Source: Glaucostegus cemiculus (lineage: Eukaryota). From it: 64,000 nucleotides of DNA. The stretch spans positions 3,348,001-3,412,000 of the forward strand of contig CDPCPM010000060.1 of the NCBI GenBank assembly GCA_976551045.1, read 5' to 3'. Below the pieces are notes generated by a model that ran no database searches, was not told the origin of the DNA, and saw only the letters and a list, made by a program, of their open reading frames with translations. The position numbers were made by a program, and so were the translations under genes. Every line of letters starts with the position of its first letter. Position 1 is the stretch's first letter. Below are positions 1 to 13,000 of this stretch, piece by piece.

Positions 1-84
1 GAATGCACAAGCACGTAAATTAAAATAAAACAGGCATCCAAAGACCGACTCATAAGGAGACAATACCCAACCTTTCCATATAGC

Positions 85-800
85 AGTTCCTTGGCGCGAT
101 CACGCACTTCTGTCAACTACAGGGGCCAAACGTGAGTGGTAAAATTTACTTTGAAACACCACTGATAACATTATTTTCGAACAATAATGAAATGCAAGAC
201 TGCACCAATTTCCCCCGAATTGTATGGATATCGATCGGATAACAATAACTGTATTGTTTAGAAAGTTTATACAGTTTTATATTCATGCACCTAGTTTCCT
301 TATTTAAAAAAATCAGAATATTTAGGTTTTGTTTGGCGTGGATCTCATCTTTAAATCTGCTTTTAATTTTAATATTGAATGCATCGGCACACTTTCTTAA
401 CAAATACACGCTTCTTTAAAGTAATTTGGGGTATTTCTTTCTGTGGCCCCATCGGTGACGGGCTGTTTGTAATCCGAATAAGGTATTTTTTTCTGTGAAA
501 TATTGCAATAACTGTTCCACCCATTGCGTGAAAGAAGGAAAGCGTTAAATGGTATCTCTAAATGGGACGTTGCCTGTTTACCAGTCAGAAGCCCTGATGT
601 TATCGATCTGATAGCTGACCTTCCTTTATTCACACTTTTTTGGTTGGAGAAGGAGAACGAGAGAGAAATTTTTAAAAAAAGACAATTATTGTCGTGCCTG
701 TTACTGTTTTGCCTTGGTGACGGGAAGGTGGGGGCGGTGTGGGGAGGAGAGAGTGAATGTGAAAGTTGTCTGGGGAGAAGAGATTAGCTCTTTCTGACAT
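85..800. promoter_or_regulatory. CpG-retaining, promoter/enhancer-like segment
   Basis: CG dinucleotides look more frequent than in the bulk of the window (not counted). E2F-like TTGGCGCG near 92, GC box GGGGCGG at 730-736 in a G-rich tract at 722-778. Confidence 0.3.
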
Positions 801-3080
801 TTGGGTCAGGGGTGTTTCCCAAAATACTGAGTCAAAACTTTCACCAGAAATAAAAAAGAACTCGCATGTTCAGCGCAGATAAGCAGCGTGTTTAACCACA
901 TCACATCTGTTTATTGTAAGGTTTTGGAAGTCATTTGCAATATTACATCTCCCTTTTTTTTAGCGTGACGCACACATCACTTTCTGAATTGATGCTAATA
1001 TGCTTAAGAATTGTCATATTCGACTGATTTTAAAATGTAGTTATGAAAACGGTCTGTGTGACACAGCTATATCTTTCTGTACATAGTTTAAATGTACCTT
1101 TTTTCTCTTTGTGATGTTCATGTGTCATTCATAAATAGGCATAATTAAACAGTAAACCTAAAGGTAAACATCTCGAATAGACACTATTGATGTATTGTTA
1201 ACTGCATTGAAACTGTTCATTAGAAATTTCATCTGATAGACATGTAGGAAACACAATACTTCAGTTTTTCTACTGTTGTAACGACTAATCGAGAATTTAT
1301 TCTGAATAGCCATATATTGTGAGAGTCTAGCAGGAAGGCATTTCCATGGTGTATGCACTAAACCAATCCTCTGATGTTAACAGCAGTCTGTAAAAACGAT
1401 GTGTCCTGTTTGCTTTCATGTGATTTCTCTGCACAGCAAACGAACATCAAGATAGATTTTATTGACCGTTCTTATAAGTTATTTAGACGCACTTCATTTT
1501 ATAACCATCCTTCGATATACATAATGCAACTAATGCTGTAAGACTGTTTGTAAAACAATACCCTGGCTAGTCCCAGTGTTAGGGAAAAGTTGATCTGCTA
1601 ATGGCATTTTGTTTTGAACAGCTGTCTGACTTGTTGCTTGCTGTTAAAGTAACTTCCCTCATAAGGTATGGTGGCACTGAAGCTGAAAGGAGGTCCAAAT
1701 GGCACATTTATAATTAGATTGCAAATTCAGCAGATTGTGCCCATACTACAGAGCTAAACTGCAATGTCTGGGATCTCAATAGAGGCGTCTTAAAAAGAGA
1801 CTCCACTGAGTCTTGGGTTATTCTCTTTTCACATTCTTCAATCTCTACAGCCGTGAACAGCAGGGGCACTTGATTAAGGCAGTATATATTTCACATAATA
1901 AACACCTACGGAGGAGCTACAAGGCTAAAGTTTGGAGTCAACAGCAGGGGTGTGATATTTAAATTGTTGACAGATATAGACTCTGCAATCGCGATATGCC
2001 ATTAGTTTAGTCCATGTCCAATATTCTATAGCTCAGGTATAAATCATTATGATCAAAAGTAAATTAAAACGGCGCTCATATATTTTGAATTTCTGACATG
2101 TTTTTAGAAGTGCATGTCACTGTTTTATAGTGAATTTCAAGTAGTTTGTAAACTGGCATTTTGTAAGACGGGTGGAATATACGCTGGATATTAAAATACC
2201 TAATAAAAATTGAAGGCAAAGTTAGACAATAATAGTAAAGAGATTCGGGCATATCCACTAAACTAAAATAAACAAAGAACAATTTTGTAGTAATTTTACT
2301 TCTCCTAATGGACTGTTCCGTTTATTGATTGCTGCTGACTACCGGCCTGTTCAATCAAGGCAATTTTTAAAGCAATAATCTGGTTTCCCCTATCATTTTA
2401 ACATGCGTTTCTTCAGATTAGTTATTTGACCTGTGATCATTTGCAAATCAGCCTAACTTTCAGTATCGTTTATATTTCAACCCTCAACCAAACTAGAGTC
2501 TTTACATATTCACAAACTAAGCGGAATGCATTTGTAATGAGTTAAACTGCAACGACATCATTATTGTTTGTCCAAGAAACGCGTCTAATTTAAAGCACAA
2601 ATTGAATTTAATGAGAATATGAATCAAAGACAAAATTGGAAAGGGACCATCAGCAACTTGCAATTCAACGTCCTCGTCATATTTTCCATGAAATGAAATT
2701 CTGAATAATTTAAAGGTGGTGGGAGCTAAATGGACAGCACCCTTCTGAAGTTTAAAGTAAAAACCAAAATTCTAAAGGCATTTTTAACTAGTAGGATATA
2801 AAATAAATTCCCTTTGTTTTTGATGTCCTTGAGCATATCGATGTGATCATTTGCTGGTTTGTAGTTTGCATATCACCCAATTGCGCAGAGCCTCTGGAGT
2901 AATTAAGGTTGAAAATGTACATTAACTAAAACCTACCATTGAAAAAAAGAGTTGCTTCTTCGAAGTGAGCATGTATCGCTCCAGCTAACAGTTTGATTAG
3001 TTATTGCAATGGAAAGTAAATACTTCTGCTGACTGTCATACGGCGAAAGTTTCACTTAGTTAAAATAAAATGGATTCAAA

Positions 3081-3107
3081 AGAACTAATGACATCTAATG
3101 ACGATCC
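3081..3107 (+). repeat. Left arm of a perfect 27-bp inverted repeat
   Basis: AGAACTAATGACATCTAATGACGATCC is the exact reverse complement of 3726-3752. Confidence 0.95.
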
Positions 3108-3599
3108 AATAGATCTTAAAGCCTTTAAATCAAAAGATGTAAATTGTACATTTTATTTTACAGGGGTCGGGGAAAATGTTTGTTTAACGTACAATTCAAA
3201 TATCACTGTTGAGCTGAACGCTTCAGCTCCCTGATGCACCCTAAGCATTTCTAGGGTTAATTGACTTTCTGCACCACTCGAAAATAGACCGGGACGGACA
3301 TAATCCAGGTTTTAATAGGTTCATTTTACTTCAGTTATTTCAGGTCAAACTAATAGGTTTGAAAGTTGCTTTTACTGTGTTTACTTTTAAAATATTTTTG
3401 CAGTTTGAAATATTTCACCTGAGGTGTACAATCGGAGCCTATGGTTCTTCCCACCGACTCCCATCTACCATCCCACCTCCTCCTCCAGATTCCACTCGGA
3501 GCGCAGATGGATTCCCCCTTAAAACAAACCCGAGACTCCAGATATCACCCTGTCCAGCTTTAAATATTGCAGGTGCTGCAGACCCAGTTTATGTTCCCC

Positions 3600-4700
3600 T
3601 GAGAGAGAAAGTAGCCCCGCCTATGTGTATCCTGAGCACCTTTAAATGGCACGTCCATTCAAACAATGCTTGCTCCTTATCCTAGACGTTTGGACTGGAC
3701 AGAGAATCTGTACAAGCGCAAAAGGGGATCGTCATTAGATGTCATTAGTTCTCTATCTCTCTCTAAAGATAGAGAAGCGAGAAAGAGGGGGTGGGAGGAG
3801 GGAGCAAAAGGGAACAGACAGAATGAATAGGATAAAAAAAAGGTGAATCAACATATTGGTGGCCAATAGGAACCAGAGAAAGAGAGACACTCGAGAGCAA
3901 ATGTTCACGAATGTTAAAAAGAGCAGAGTACTGTGAAGGGGAAACAATGATCGAGAAAACATTTCTGCTTGACACAAACATTTCAGTTGTAATGGAAAGG
4001 CAACTGTGAAAAGATTAAAAGGAGATTGCCAGTGACCGGGATAGGAGTGTGGGCTGTCAGGCAGGGTTAAGGTCGGGGCTGGCTGACAGAGGCTCAGATT
4101 TCCCATCACAGCGGGCACAAGTCAAAGCAGCAGAGCGAGTAGGTCTGAAAGGACATTGTGGTGCCGGGGCTATTCAATTCACCCTAACGTAGTTCACTGC
4201 AATTTAGCGCTGCAAGATGTGAGCATGCAGCACAGATATGCGCAACTAAAGGTCCCATCATATATACTTAAAATTACTTGACGCGATACTGGATTGAATG
4301 CCCCCTCATCCTATTAGAGAAATAGATGTTGTTTGCGAACGGCTTTTTGTTTTGGTTAGTTTAACAAGTACAGTTGTGTGTGATTTTGTTCGCGGAGCAG
4401 CTCGGAGTTGGTGAATCTTTGGCGATTTCTCCCTCTAGGCTTGGCAAACGCTCGGGATGTGATTTTTGCAAGATTCATTCTTCTGCAAACGGTTCCAGCC
4501 ACAGATCCGTTCATTCTGCAGGCTCCGGAGACCAAAGCACCAGCAGCAGCAGTAGTCAATAGTAGCATGCAGTAGACCACGAAACGTACTCTCCAACTGG
4601 CCGTGTGTTAGGGAGAGAGTCAAGGGAACTATCCATTTCTCTGGCTTCTCCAGAGCAGGTCATAAAGTTTGGAAAAGTACACATACGGTATTGTCGTGAA
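3600..4700. promoter_or_regulatory. Putative Pol II promoter / non-coding first-exon region of an unidentified gene
   Basis: GC box GCCCCGCCT at 3614-3622, G/A-rich tract at ~3787-3804, adjacent CCAAT boxes on both strands (ATTGG 3855-3859, CCAAT 3863-3867), and locally high CpG and GC through ~4700 with no retroelements. Confidence 0.5.
3726..3752 (-). repeat. Right arm of a perfect 27-bp inverted repeat
   Basis: GGATCGTCATTAGATGTCATTAGTTCT is the exact reverse complement of 3081-3107. Confidence 0.95.
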
Positions 4701-6689
4701 TTCAAGCTAACCCTGTCCAAAGAGCAAACATTTTGGAGTTTTCAACAATGTATTTGAAAATGTGTGCCAACAGCTGCAGATATATAGGAACAATTCTTAT
4801 TGAGAAAACATACGGAGTAGTTTATAGTCTGTATGGGACTCGTATATCGTCTGCATATGGACGTTCACCCAGTTTTAAATAGTGTTAGTCTATTTTGCAA
4901 AAAGTGAGAAATAGACTCAAGCTATGAACATTTTCTTAGACTTTCCCGTCTTATGTGTCTGAAACCGCTCTGATCCCTAGCACCATGATCAAGCCCTCAA
5001 GACTTATTCCAAGGACGTAATGGAAAACAATCGTCAATTTATGGAATCTAAGTTGCCTCTATCATATTTAATCGTTGGACTTTTTTCGTTGAATATTTGA
5101 AAAACAATTGAGGCAACCTTGACTTCATTAACATGTCGAAGTAATTATTTGCTGACAAATCATATTTCTTATTAAACATGCAATACTCAAGTTTATAACA
5201 GGAGACTAATCATAAGCAAAACATTAGGTATACAAACGGAATAATGTTTAATTATTTACACCCTAGGGAGAAAGTGCCCATTCCTGAAGTTGATTTTATA
5301 TGTGTATGTATTCTTGACATGATGCAAATATGCTTCTATAATCCTCAGAGAGTTCAATTGTAATTAACAGATCCCAAGGCTGCACCTTGTGCACAGTCAT
5401 ACAGCTGCATTTTAAAAAAACTGCAGTGTTTAAGTAGCACTTAACTCTTATGCTTTATTTAATCTGTAATCCAATAGAATATATTGAGTTCATCAAGATA
5501 CAAAATATATTTTATCCAGATATTGACTGTATTTGAGGTCTACAGCAGTAAACTATTGACTGCGGAGTTGCAGAGTGATTAATTGAGTTATAATACCCAA
5601 AGTCGAAGGCTGAGAGTATTATTGCACAATAGAGGTCAATTCTGTGACCTATGGGCCAAAGATTTAGTTTATAGACTGAAAGTTGTGGTCACTATCAACT
5701 GGACTGAATACTTATTTTAAACTGGAAATCCATTTGACTGATAAAAGGTCTATGCTATTGCCAATTCTGTGGCTTATAGCCTCTGTTCTTTTGCCCATGG
5801 AAGTCATCCACTGCAGACAGTTGCTTGTTGATACTAATTAAAAGACAACAATATAGTTTTTTCCCATAAAGGAATACATCTTCCTCCAATCTGACTGGAG
5901 TTATAATCCTAGAGTTAGTAAAATAAGTTTACTGCTATCACTAAGATATTAATAAAATAACATAATTGTGGGTGCGAAGGCATTTTGTAGAATTTCCATT
6001 TGAACTGTGAAGTGCAATAATTATGAACTGCCATCATGGCTTACACTTGGTAAGAAAGAAATGGAGCTTTCAAAATCTAATGTGAAGTTTGAATTGTTAC
6101 AAGCCAACAACTGAGAACAATTTTAGGGGTTCAGTATATCACACAAAATGCATATTGCCGCAACATTACTTTCTTTTAACTTAAGCCTAATTTTCTTTTT
6201 TTTGCATATTGGCATCAAATAAATGGGTGACAACATGGGTGATGTATACCAGATGTATTTCATGCTTGAAAACTCACCTGTCATTAAAAATATAATTCTT
6301 GTTATGTCATCCAGTGATCATAATTTATGTCTCTGAAATGACTAGGCTTGATATCTCAAAAACAACAAAGTTGTGAGCAAATTATGGTCACTGGAATACA
6401 TGAGGCACGGATTGGACCCCAGGCACTTTCTCACATTTTCTGGCTGTAGCTCAACTCAGTTGAGTGATTGCATATTTTTACAATATTTTTTGATCTCAAA
6501 GACCTTTCCTGATGGAGTATGACTTTACAGCTTTTGGATACTTTCCATTATCTATCCAAATATATGACTGGTGGCAGGTAGTTTGATCATGAAGAGAAAC
6601 ACAACTGAAACTGAGTTTTATACAGTGCTTAGATGTGCACTGTCCAGCAGGGGTCATTGGATAGGAATCAGAGGTGAGAAGCAAAAGCT

Positions 6690-6830
6690 TTTCCTTAACA
6701 TCCTTAGCTCATGGTATTGTCCCAGTTGAGAGCAGATTAATCCAGGCAGACCAGGGACTTAATTTAGGATGCTCCTTGTCTGGCTCAGTATGATAGTGTA
6801 TAGTACATTTACCCTGTGGCATTAGGGAGC
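6690..6830 (-). mobile_element. Old tRNA-derived SINE head, degenerate
   Basis: The minus strand reads GCTCCCTAATGCCACAGGGTAAATGTAC...CTGAGCCAGACAAGG...CCCTGGTCTGCC, resembling an old chondrichthyan SINE 5' end. Similar relics occur near 24450-24730, 45400-45830 and 51590-51965. Confidence 0.35.
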
Positions 6831-7399
6831 TAAGAATTATAAACCTGCAGTAATATTGTCACAATCATTATACATTCAGTGTGAATCTAATTGTGGAGAG
6901 ACTGGTAGTTAAAAATCTTTAAGATTAAGTAAGAACACTTTTGAATACTGTTATAGCTGCAGGAAGTGAAATAATAGATATTTGGGAACAATTTGAAGGC
7001 AGCAGTCACCTCCTTGTTTGAGCTTAATCTGTACACACAGATTATTGGATAACATCAAATTTTAATTAACCAATGCACTTGATTGTAACATCCCACATAA
7101 TTGTAAATCATTGACTAAAAATGTATTGCTGCATTCAAAGTAATTCCATTCTATTTTCAACAGACTGAATTGACCTATTGGGTCATATTCATGTAGAAAG
7201 TTGCTGTGACATGGTTGACAGGACTTGGTTAAGGCCTTGTCCCTGTCATTCACATTAGGATGTAATAAGAGCACAGTTAATGGGTTATTTACCATTCTTT
7301 TAGCATTTGAGGTACCCCATGACAGTGAGATCCCTCTATAAAATGTAGCTTCTTGTGCATCCATTGAAATGCTTGCTATCTTAAGTTACAATGAATCTT

Positions 7400-7433
7400 A
7401 AAACTAGATACTGCAAAACTAGATATTGCAAAA
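7400..7433. repeat. 15-bp tandem duplication
   Basis: AAAACTAGATACTGC AAAACTAGATATTGC AAAA. Confidence 0.85.
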
Positions 7434-7587
7434 GAAAATACCTTTATCAATATTAAGAATGCAATTTTACAATTTGGTGAGATGTCTGAGCATCTTTGTT
7501 GCACAGAGAGTACCCCTTGACTGCCATTGAACCTCTAAATGCTTCTACACACATTTAGGCCATTATGCAGTCAGTAACATAGATCAG

Positions 7588-7632
7588 ATAAATAGTTTGC
7601 CTATTAACTGCCTATAAATAGTTTGCCTATTA
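7588..7632. repeat. Short direct duplication (19 bp, period 26)
   Basis: ATAAATAGTTTGCCTATTA at 7588-7606 and 7614-7632. Confidence 0.85.
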
Positions 7633-9129
7633 TTCTTTAAAAAATGAAGTGGCTGTACTGACTGTTAAAATGTACTTGCAAAGAAGGTCCAGGCTTCAGC
7701 TGTGCAAAAAGTGCAAAAACATTTGCACACATTGAGCATAATTAATCAGCTTCAGGTTTCCACTTCACCTAAAGGCTTAACACCTCTGACCAAATGCTCA
7801 GTCATTTCTATGAGCAACTGTAAAGTTTTGAAATATAGCCCTAAGCATAAAATTTGTGCTGTCTGAGGTTAAAGTGTGAATGCTTCACAAATCTGTATGA
7901 AATTCTTTAGTCTTCTATTTTAGTGGTGCCATTAAATCATTTTGTGTGTTTCATCAGCACTAATATACACCAAGATCTCACTATACAACTTCAACAGTAT
8001 AATTTTATTCATTTTGTGCCAAGGACTTTTTGATCATTTAAATCTATTATTTATAGTATTTTTAGGTTTGTGCAAAGCAGTTTTTACTTAAAATATCTTG
8101 ATACTTAAAACATTTCCTTAAGGTTTAACCAAAGTTTGGAGAAGGCATCTTCAGTCATCTGAGCATTATTGCACTGAATAGAGATATGATCCATGCACTA
8201 ATCACATCTGAACCATTACAACTGAACAGGTATATATAGAGGGAGCAAGAGTATGGAATGATACGAGCTGTGGAGGTGAGGGTGGGTGGGGTGAGAGCTA
8301 TGTGACCATTTACAATCTTAAAGTTACATTATAATTTTGGAGTCAGGCTGTGATCTGATTATACATTGCAGCACTGAGACCCTCTCAGGGAGGTCACCTG
8401 AAAACACTTATGCTTGACATTAAATGGAACAGAACTGTAGTGCGGTGATATGGCAGGTTTAAAAAGCACTCAGGCAGTAGATCTCCAGGCTCTATAAAAC
8501 TTACTATGAAGTATTTTTAACATGTATTTTGGGAGCTCTGTCCACCAAAATATTTAAAATTTAGCAGAGCATGTGCATACATCTAAGCATGTATATTATC
8601 AATTCAGTTAGAGTAAAGTGACATTAAACTTATGGTTTCATTTAATAGTGACTGATTCCTGCCAACTTTCCAGCCATTCCTTATTCAATAGCAAGGCCTT
8701 TAGTCAGCTCCATATTATTGATCTGAACAAATTTAATAGTCCCATTTTATTGCTCTACATCTTTTGTGTTAATGTGAATCTTACTGGACCACCTGAGCAT
8801 ATTTTGAAATTAATGAAGGTGGCTTGACAGTTGCACTTTTGTATCTATGTTGGAAGCTTTTGGACTGAAGTCTCACTTCAGAGAATCATGCACAAGTCAA
8901 GATTGACCACTGTCTCTGAATTGAAAACAAAATCCAGTATTAGCTGTGCAGAAATGTCTCATTGGGAAGACCATAGCCATTGTCTTGGTTCCTGTTATAA
9001 GCACCAATCATCACCCTCTGATTCTCAGCACCACGTACCCACCATTCCCCCTGTCCCCAGCAGCTATCCAAAATAGAACTGTTGTTCACAACATTGAATT
9101 ACCTGAGTTGAGCATAGGATCACCAAGAT

Positions 9130-9860
9130 TGACAATTACTATTTCCATTACATCACCCATCCTCTCCCCATACCACGCTCACCTCTAAAGCTCATCTGTT
9201 GATGCAACCTTCATCCACAATCTTTCTCCCTCTATATATGGCTGTTCTAATACACTACTGGCTATTGTCTCTCATTGTACCCTTTGTATACTTTATCTCA
9301 TCCAATGCTCTATTGCATGTGTCCTAGTCTTCATCATGTCTTGTACATCCATCACCTCAATGCTGAGTGACTGAGTTGAATTCTGGTGAAACTCCAGTGC
9401 AAGTCCTAAATTATTGCTCTTGTTTTCAGATCCTTCTGTTGTCTTGTCTCTTCATATATCTGTAATCTCTTCCTGAAGAGCAGAAGAATAGGACTAATAG
9501 ATTTGCTCTGCTGGGAGCCAGCATTGACATGATGGGCTAAATTGCTGCCTTCTGTGCCTTAACAATTTTATAAATGTATGATTTTAGATAACTGTGTATC
9601 TCTCATTCTGACTTCTTGAATGTGTCCAAGCCATATTTAATTGCTCTTGCATTGACAACTATGACTGCAAATATTCTAAGTTTCTTTCCCTTTACCTTTC
9701 CAGCTTTCTTCTCATAAGATCCCTCTTAAAATATTTGCATTTGACCAATTGATCATCTGCTCTAATATCTTATGTAGCTCTGCCAAATTTCATTTGATAA
9801 TGCTGATATAAAGCACTTGGGTACATTAAATGTGCTATATAAATACACATTGATGTTGTC
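9130..9860 (+). mobile_element. Degenerate L2-clade LINE 3' portion, interrupted by a CR1 3' tail
   Basis: Decayed match to the L2 ORF2 C-terminus (compare 52910 onward). Ends in an L2-like tail, TAAAGCACTTGGG...TGCTATATAAAT...TTGATGTTGT. Confidence 0.5.
9478..9590 (+). mobile_element. CR1 LINE 3' UTR fragment
   Basis: GAGCCAGCATTGACATGATGGGCTAAATTGCTGCCTTCTGTGC resembles the CR1 3' terminus (GGGCCGAATGGCCTCCTTCTGTGC-type). Confidence 0.6.
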
Positions 9861-9864
9861 CACA

Positions 9865-10030
9865 CCACAGTGCAGCACAAGCGGTGCTTTCGCTGTTGCA
9901 GTTGCCCATTTTCAGATGAGATCTTACACTAAGGGCTTACATGCACTCTCAGGAAGATGTAAAAGTTGACACTTTGTGATGTACTGAGCTCGTGAAAGGT
10001 GAATCATAAATCACAATTGTAAGTCTTTTT
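9865..10030 (+). mobile_element. Deu-domain SINE fragment (SacSINE1/AmnSINE1-like)
   Basis: TTTTCAGATGAGATCTTACACTAAGGGC...CTCTCAGGAAGATGTAAAAG resembles the Deu-domain core, followed by an L2-type tail. Confidence 0.55.
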
Positions 10031-13000
10031 CTCTTTAGTTCTAAGCATTTCAATGCTAATGGAGTAGTTTCTTCCACTTGCTCTTCTCTAACAATAAAAT
10101 GTGATATGTTTTATAATGCGGATATCTGCAGCTGTATTCACACTTTGGCATACAAGCAGATAGCTATTTTCATCTTTTTCTGATTAGAGAACAATGTGCA
10201 ATTGCCATTATAATTTATAGTTGTTGATCTCTCATTCTTCAATGTAAGTATTGGTTTCAAATTGAAACATGTTAGAAGGGAAAATAGAACTTTTATATAC
10301 AAAATTGAACAGTAACTGTTCTAGTTTGTACCACTACAATATATGTTAAGAAATCCGACTTGTGTGATAGTGTGACAATCTGACATTGAACCTAACTGTA
10401 GAGAATTGTGTAATCACTTGGAGCATGTTTACATAGTGTCCCTGGGACAATTTGCCACCGGCAAGATCCAGGTTGTGCTCTTCTCACCAGTCAATATAAA
10501 GAATCTAAACTACACAGCTCTTGTGGAGTCTGTGAACCAAATGCTCATACTTAACCAGAGCTGCTTTTAGAGATGATGTAAAACCCAGTGTAATCCTTGT
10601 TGGATCTCCAAATACGAAACACAGTGAGAGTCCAGACTGGGAATACATTGCTTATTGGTCTCGGGTCCTTTGTTTGAGTACAACTTCCATGTCAATTTTA
10701 ACCACACCATAAAAAAAAGCAATACTAAGCTGTCCTAGAGTGCAACCACAAGTGTAAACAGCGGGCGAAGGCTAACAGACATTGTTCTAAGTACCAATGC
10801 TGAATGTGTCAGTGATTTATTTCACAGCTACATTTTTCTAAAGCTCACAGTGTTCCACAGAGGCAGACCTTGCCTCCTTGGCATTGGTTGGGGCTAATTT
10901 ATCAATACACAATTCAGCTGTAAAATGAAGTTTAAATGCTTCCCTTTTTCTGCAGTAAAGGCCCAGCTTTCAGTCTAGAATTCAACCTTGTAGAAACACT
11001 ATTTGTGGTTTTATTATTTTCACTCTTTCTCCTTTTACTTGTTGTAAGTTGTAATTTTAGGACACTGAAGGTATTTGGTGATAGTTATTACAGCTGAGTT
11101 CTGATATACACATGGCCAATTTATTAAAGTTTTGTGAACTGCATTTTAATGTTAAAAGAGCAGTGATTTGGTGCCCTGGTATTCTTGCATCAGGTATGTG
11201 TTTATCTGCAGTCGACTATGCTATGTATCAGTTTGCATAGCTTGAAAAAAATAATGTTTAGGTCTGGTATGTTAAAAATTGTGCAGGCCAACACTTCACA
11301 CCTTAAAAAGGCAAAGCTTAACTGCAGTATTTTATCCTGTCCTTGTCTTTTGAAAGGAGTAGAATTCAGCATCTGGAAGCACTGGAATGCTATTTGTTTT
11401 ATTAAATTTAACATAAGAGCTAGCTGTAATGCTAAAATAATAAAAACAGACCCATTTTCATCATAAATCCTATTTAAAAGTATAATTATGCCTGTTGGAG
11501 TTTTAGCCACGTGACTAAGTGATGTACTGTATCTAATCTACATATCTTTTTGCATCTAGAAGCTAATAAATTCCATCAGCAATAAGGTATTTTTAATAGT
11601 GTAAAATGCACTTTCCATCTTCATGGCCTTCCACCCAGCACAGTTTCAAATAATTATATTTGCAGATAGTTTAGTACAATAACGGGGATGACTTAACTGG
11701 GAACCCTGATTTAATAGTCTTGCATTCTAAAAGCTTGAAAATGCTTTGTACTTTTGAACCATTCACCCCACAGGTTCTGCCTGTTCTTTCCACATTCCCC
11801 CAAAATACAAGACAATAAAATGTAAACATTTTGATTTTGATTAATTAAATGTTTTGTGATTTTTAAAAGAAAGTTTCATAACTAGTTTTATTAAGTATGA
11901 AGGCTTATGAAAATAACAAGCACTTTCATTTGCAGTTTTTTAAGACTGTCTTACATTTTTTGGTATGATGTTGCATATCAAATGCCATATGTATATTTTT
12001 CAGAATAAAATAGTTTTTGCAAAAAAAATGTGCATGGGGTTAGTCCTTGTGTAAACTCATGTGAAGAGGCAATTGTCTCCAAACACTATAACGAGGTTAA
12101 TGGTGGAAATATATTGTAGCAGTTAACATTTCAGAACATCAAATCAGGCAGAGGCAGACACTAAGGATGATATTACACAGATACAGTATTGGGAGATTAT
12201 GTGTATCTCATTAGTTTAAAGCTGAGAAGGATAACGTGGCTCAGGATCCTAATCTATTTGAATGTGATACTGCGAAAAGAAAATAAGGTCTTTTTCACAT
12301 GCACATTTGAGTGACTGTGATTGGACTGTCACTTGGGATTTTCTATATTATTAGGAGGACAGTTTCTGTTCTTGACGCCAGCATGTCCATAACTTCTAAT
12401 AGCTTCTGTTCAAACTACACTTTTAATGCTACAAAATAATTGGCTGTATATTCTTTTGAAAAACAACCAGAAAAGTTATATATTTTTAGCTGAATACTGG
12501 AAGGTTTTACATATCATAATAATTTGCATTTATGTTCATTGCACCATATTTAACCTAGTAGATGTTGGTCGTCATGATTCCATAACACAAATTTTTGATT
12601 TGAATTTTCAGATGATATATAAAGAACTAACACTATTTTACTGAGGCTTTGCAAAATCTGGTTTAAATTCAGACTATTTAGATTGGAACCAAAGCTGGGA
12701 TAAATTTTCACCTTTAATTTACAGCAGTGCTATTTCTATTGCAAAACAAAACAAAACTAGGTTAGACCTTACTAGGGAGGAAAATTCTATTTTTGTCTTT
12801 AATGGTGACCACTGTTGTCCAACTAATCTGTACAAGAGAACGGCTTTTGGAATATTTCACTTTACATTTAGAGACGTTCATTAATGGACTATGCTCCATA
12901 CTTACTTCTTTCTATCCTTCTGGAATTAGTTAAATTCACCCACAGTAATAATTCTCTGATTTTAAATATTTTGTATGATTCACCATCTCCTTCTAATATT

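Noticed and set aside
4356-4580. Minus-strand ORF with a signal-peptide-like start (MLLLTTAAAGALVSGAC)
   Set aside because: The hydrophobic run arises from a short CAG/TAG triplet tract. I recognise no family and see no supporting splice structure.
9025-9035. REST/RE1-like TCAGCACCACG (also TCAGCACCATG at 15821)
   Set aside because: Only the left half-site is present; the GGACAG right half is missing.
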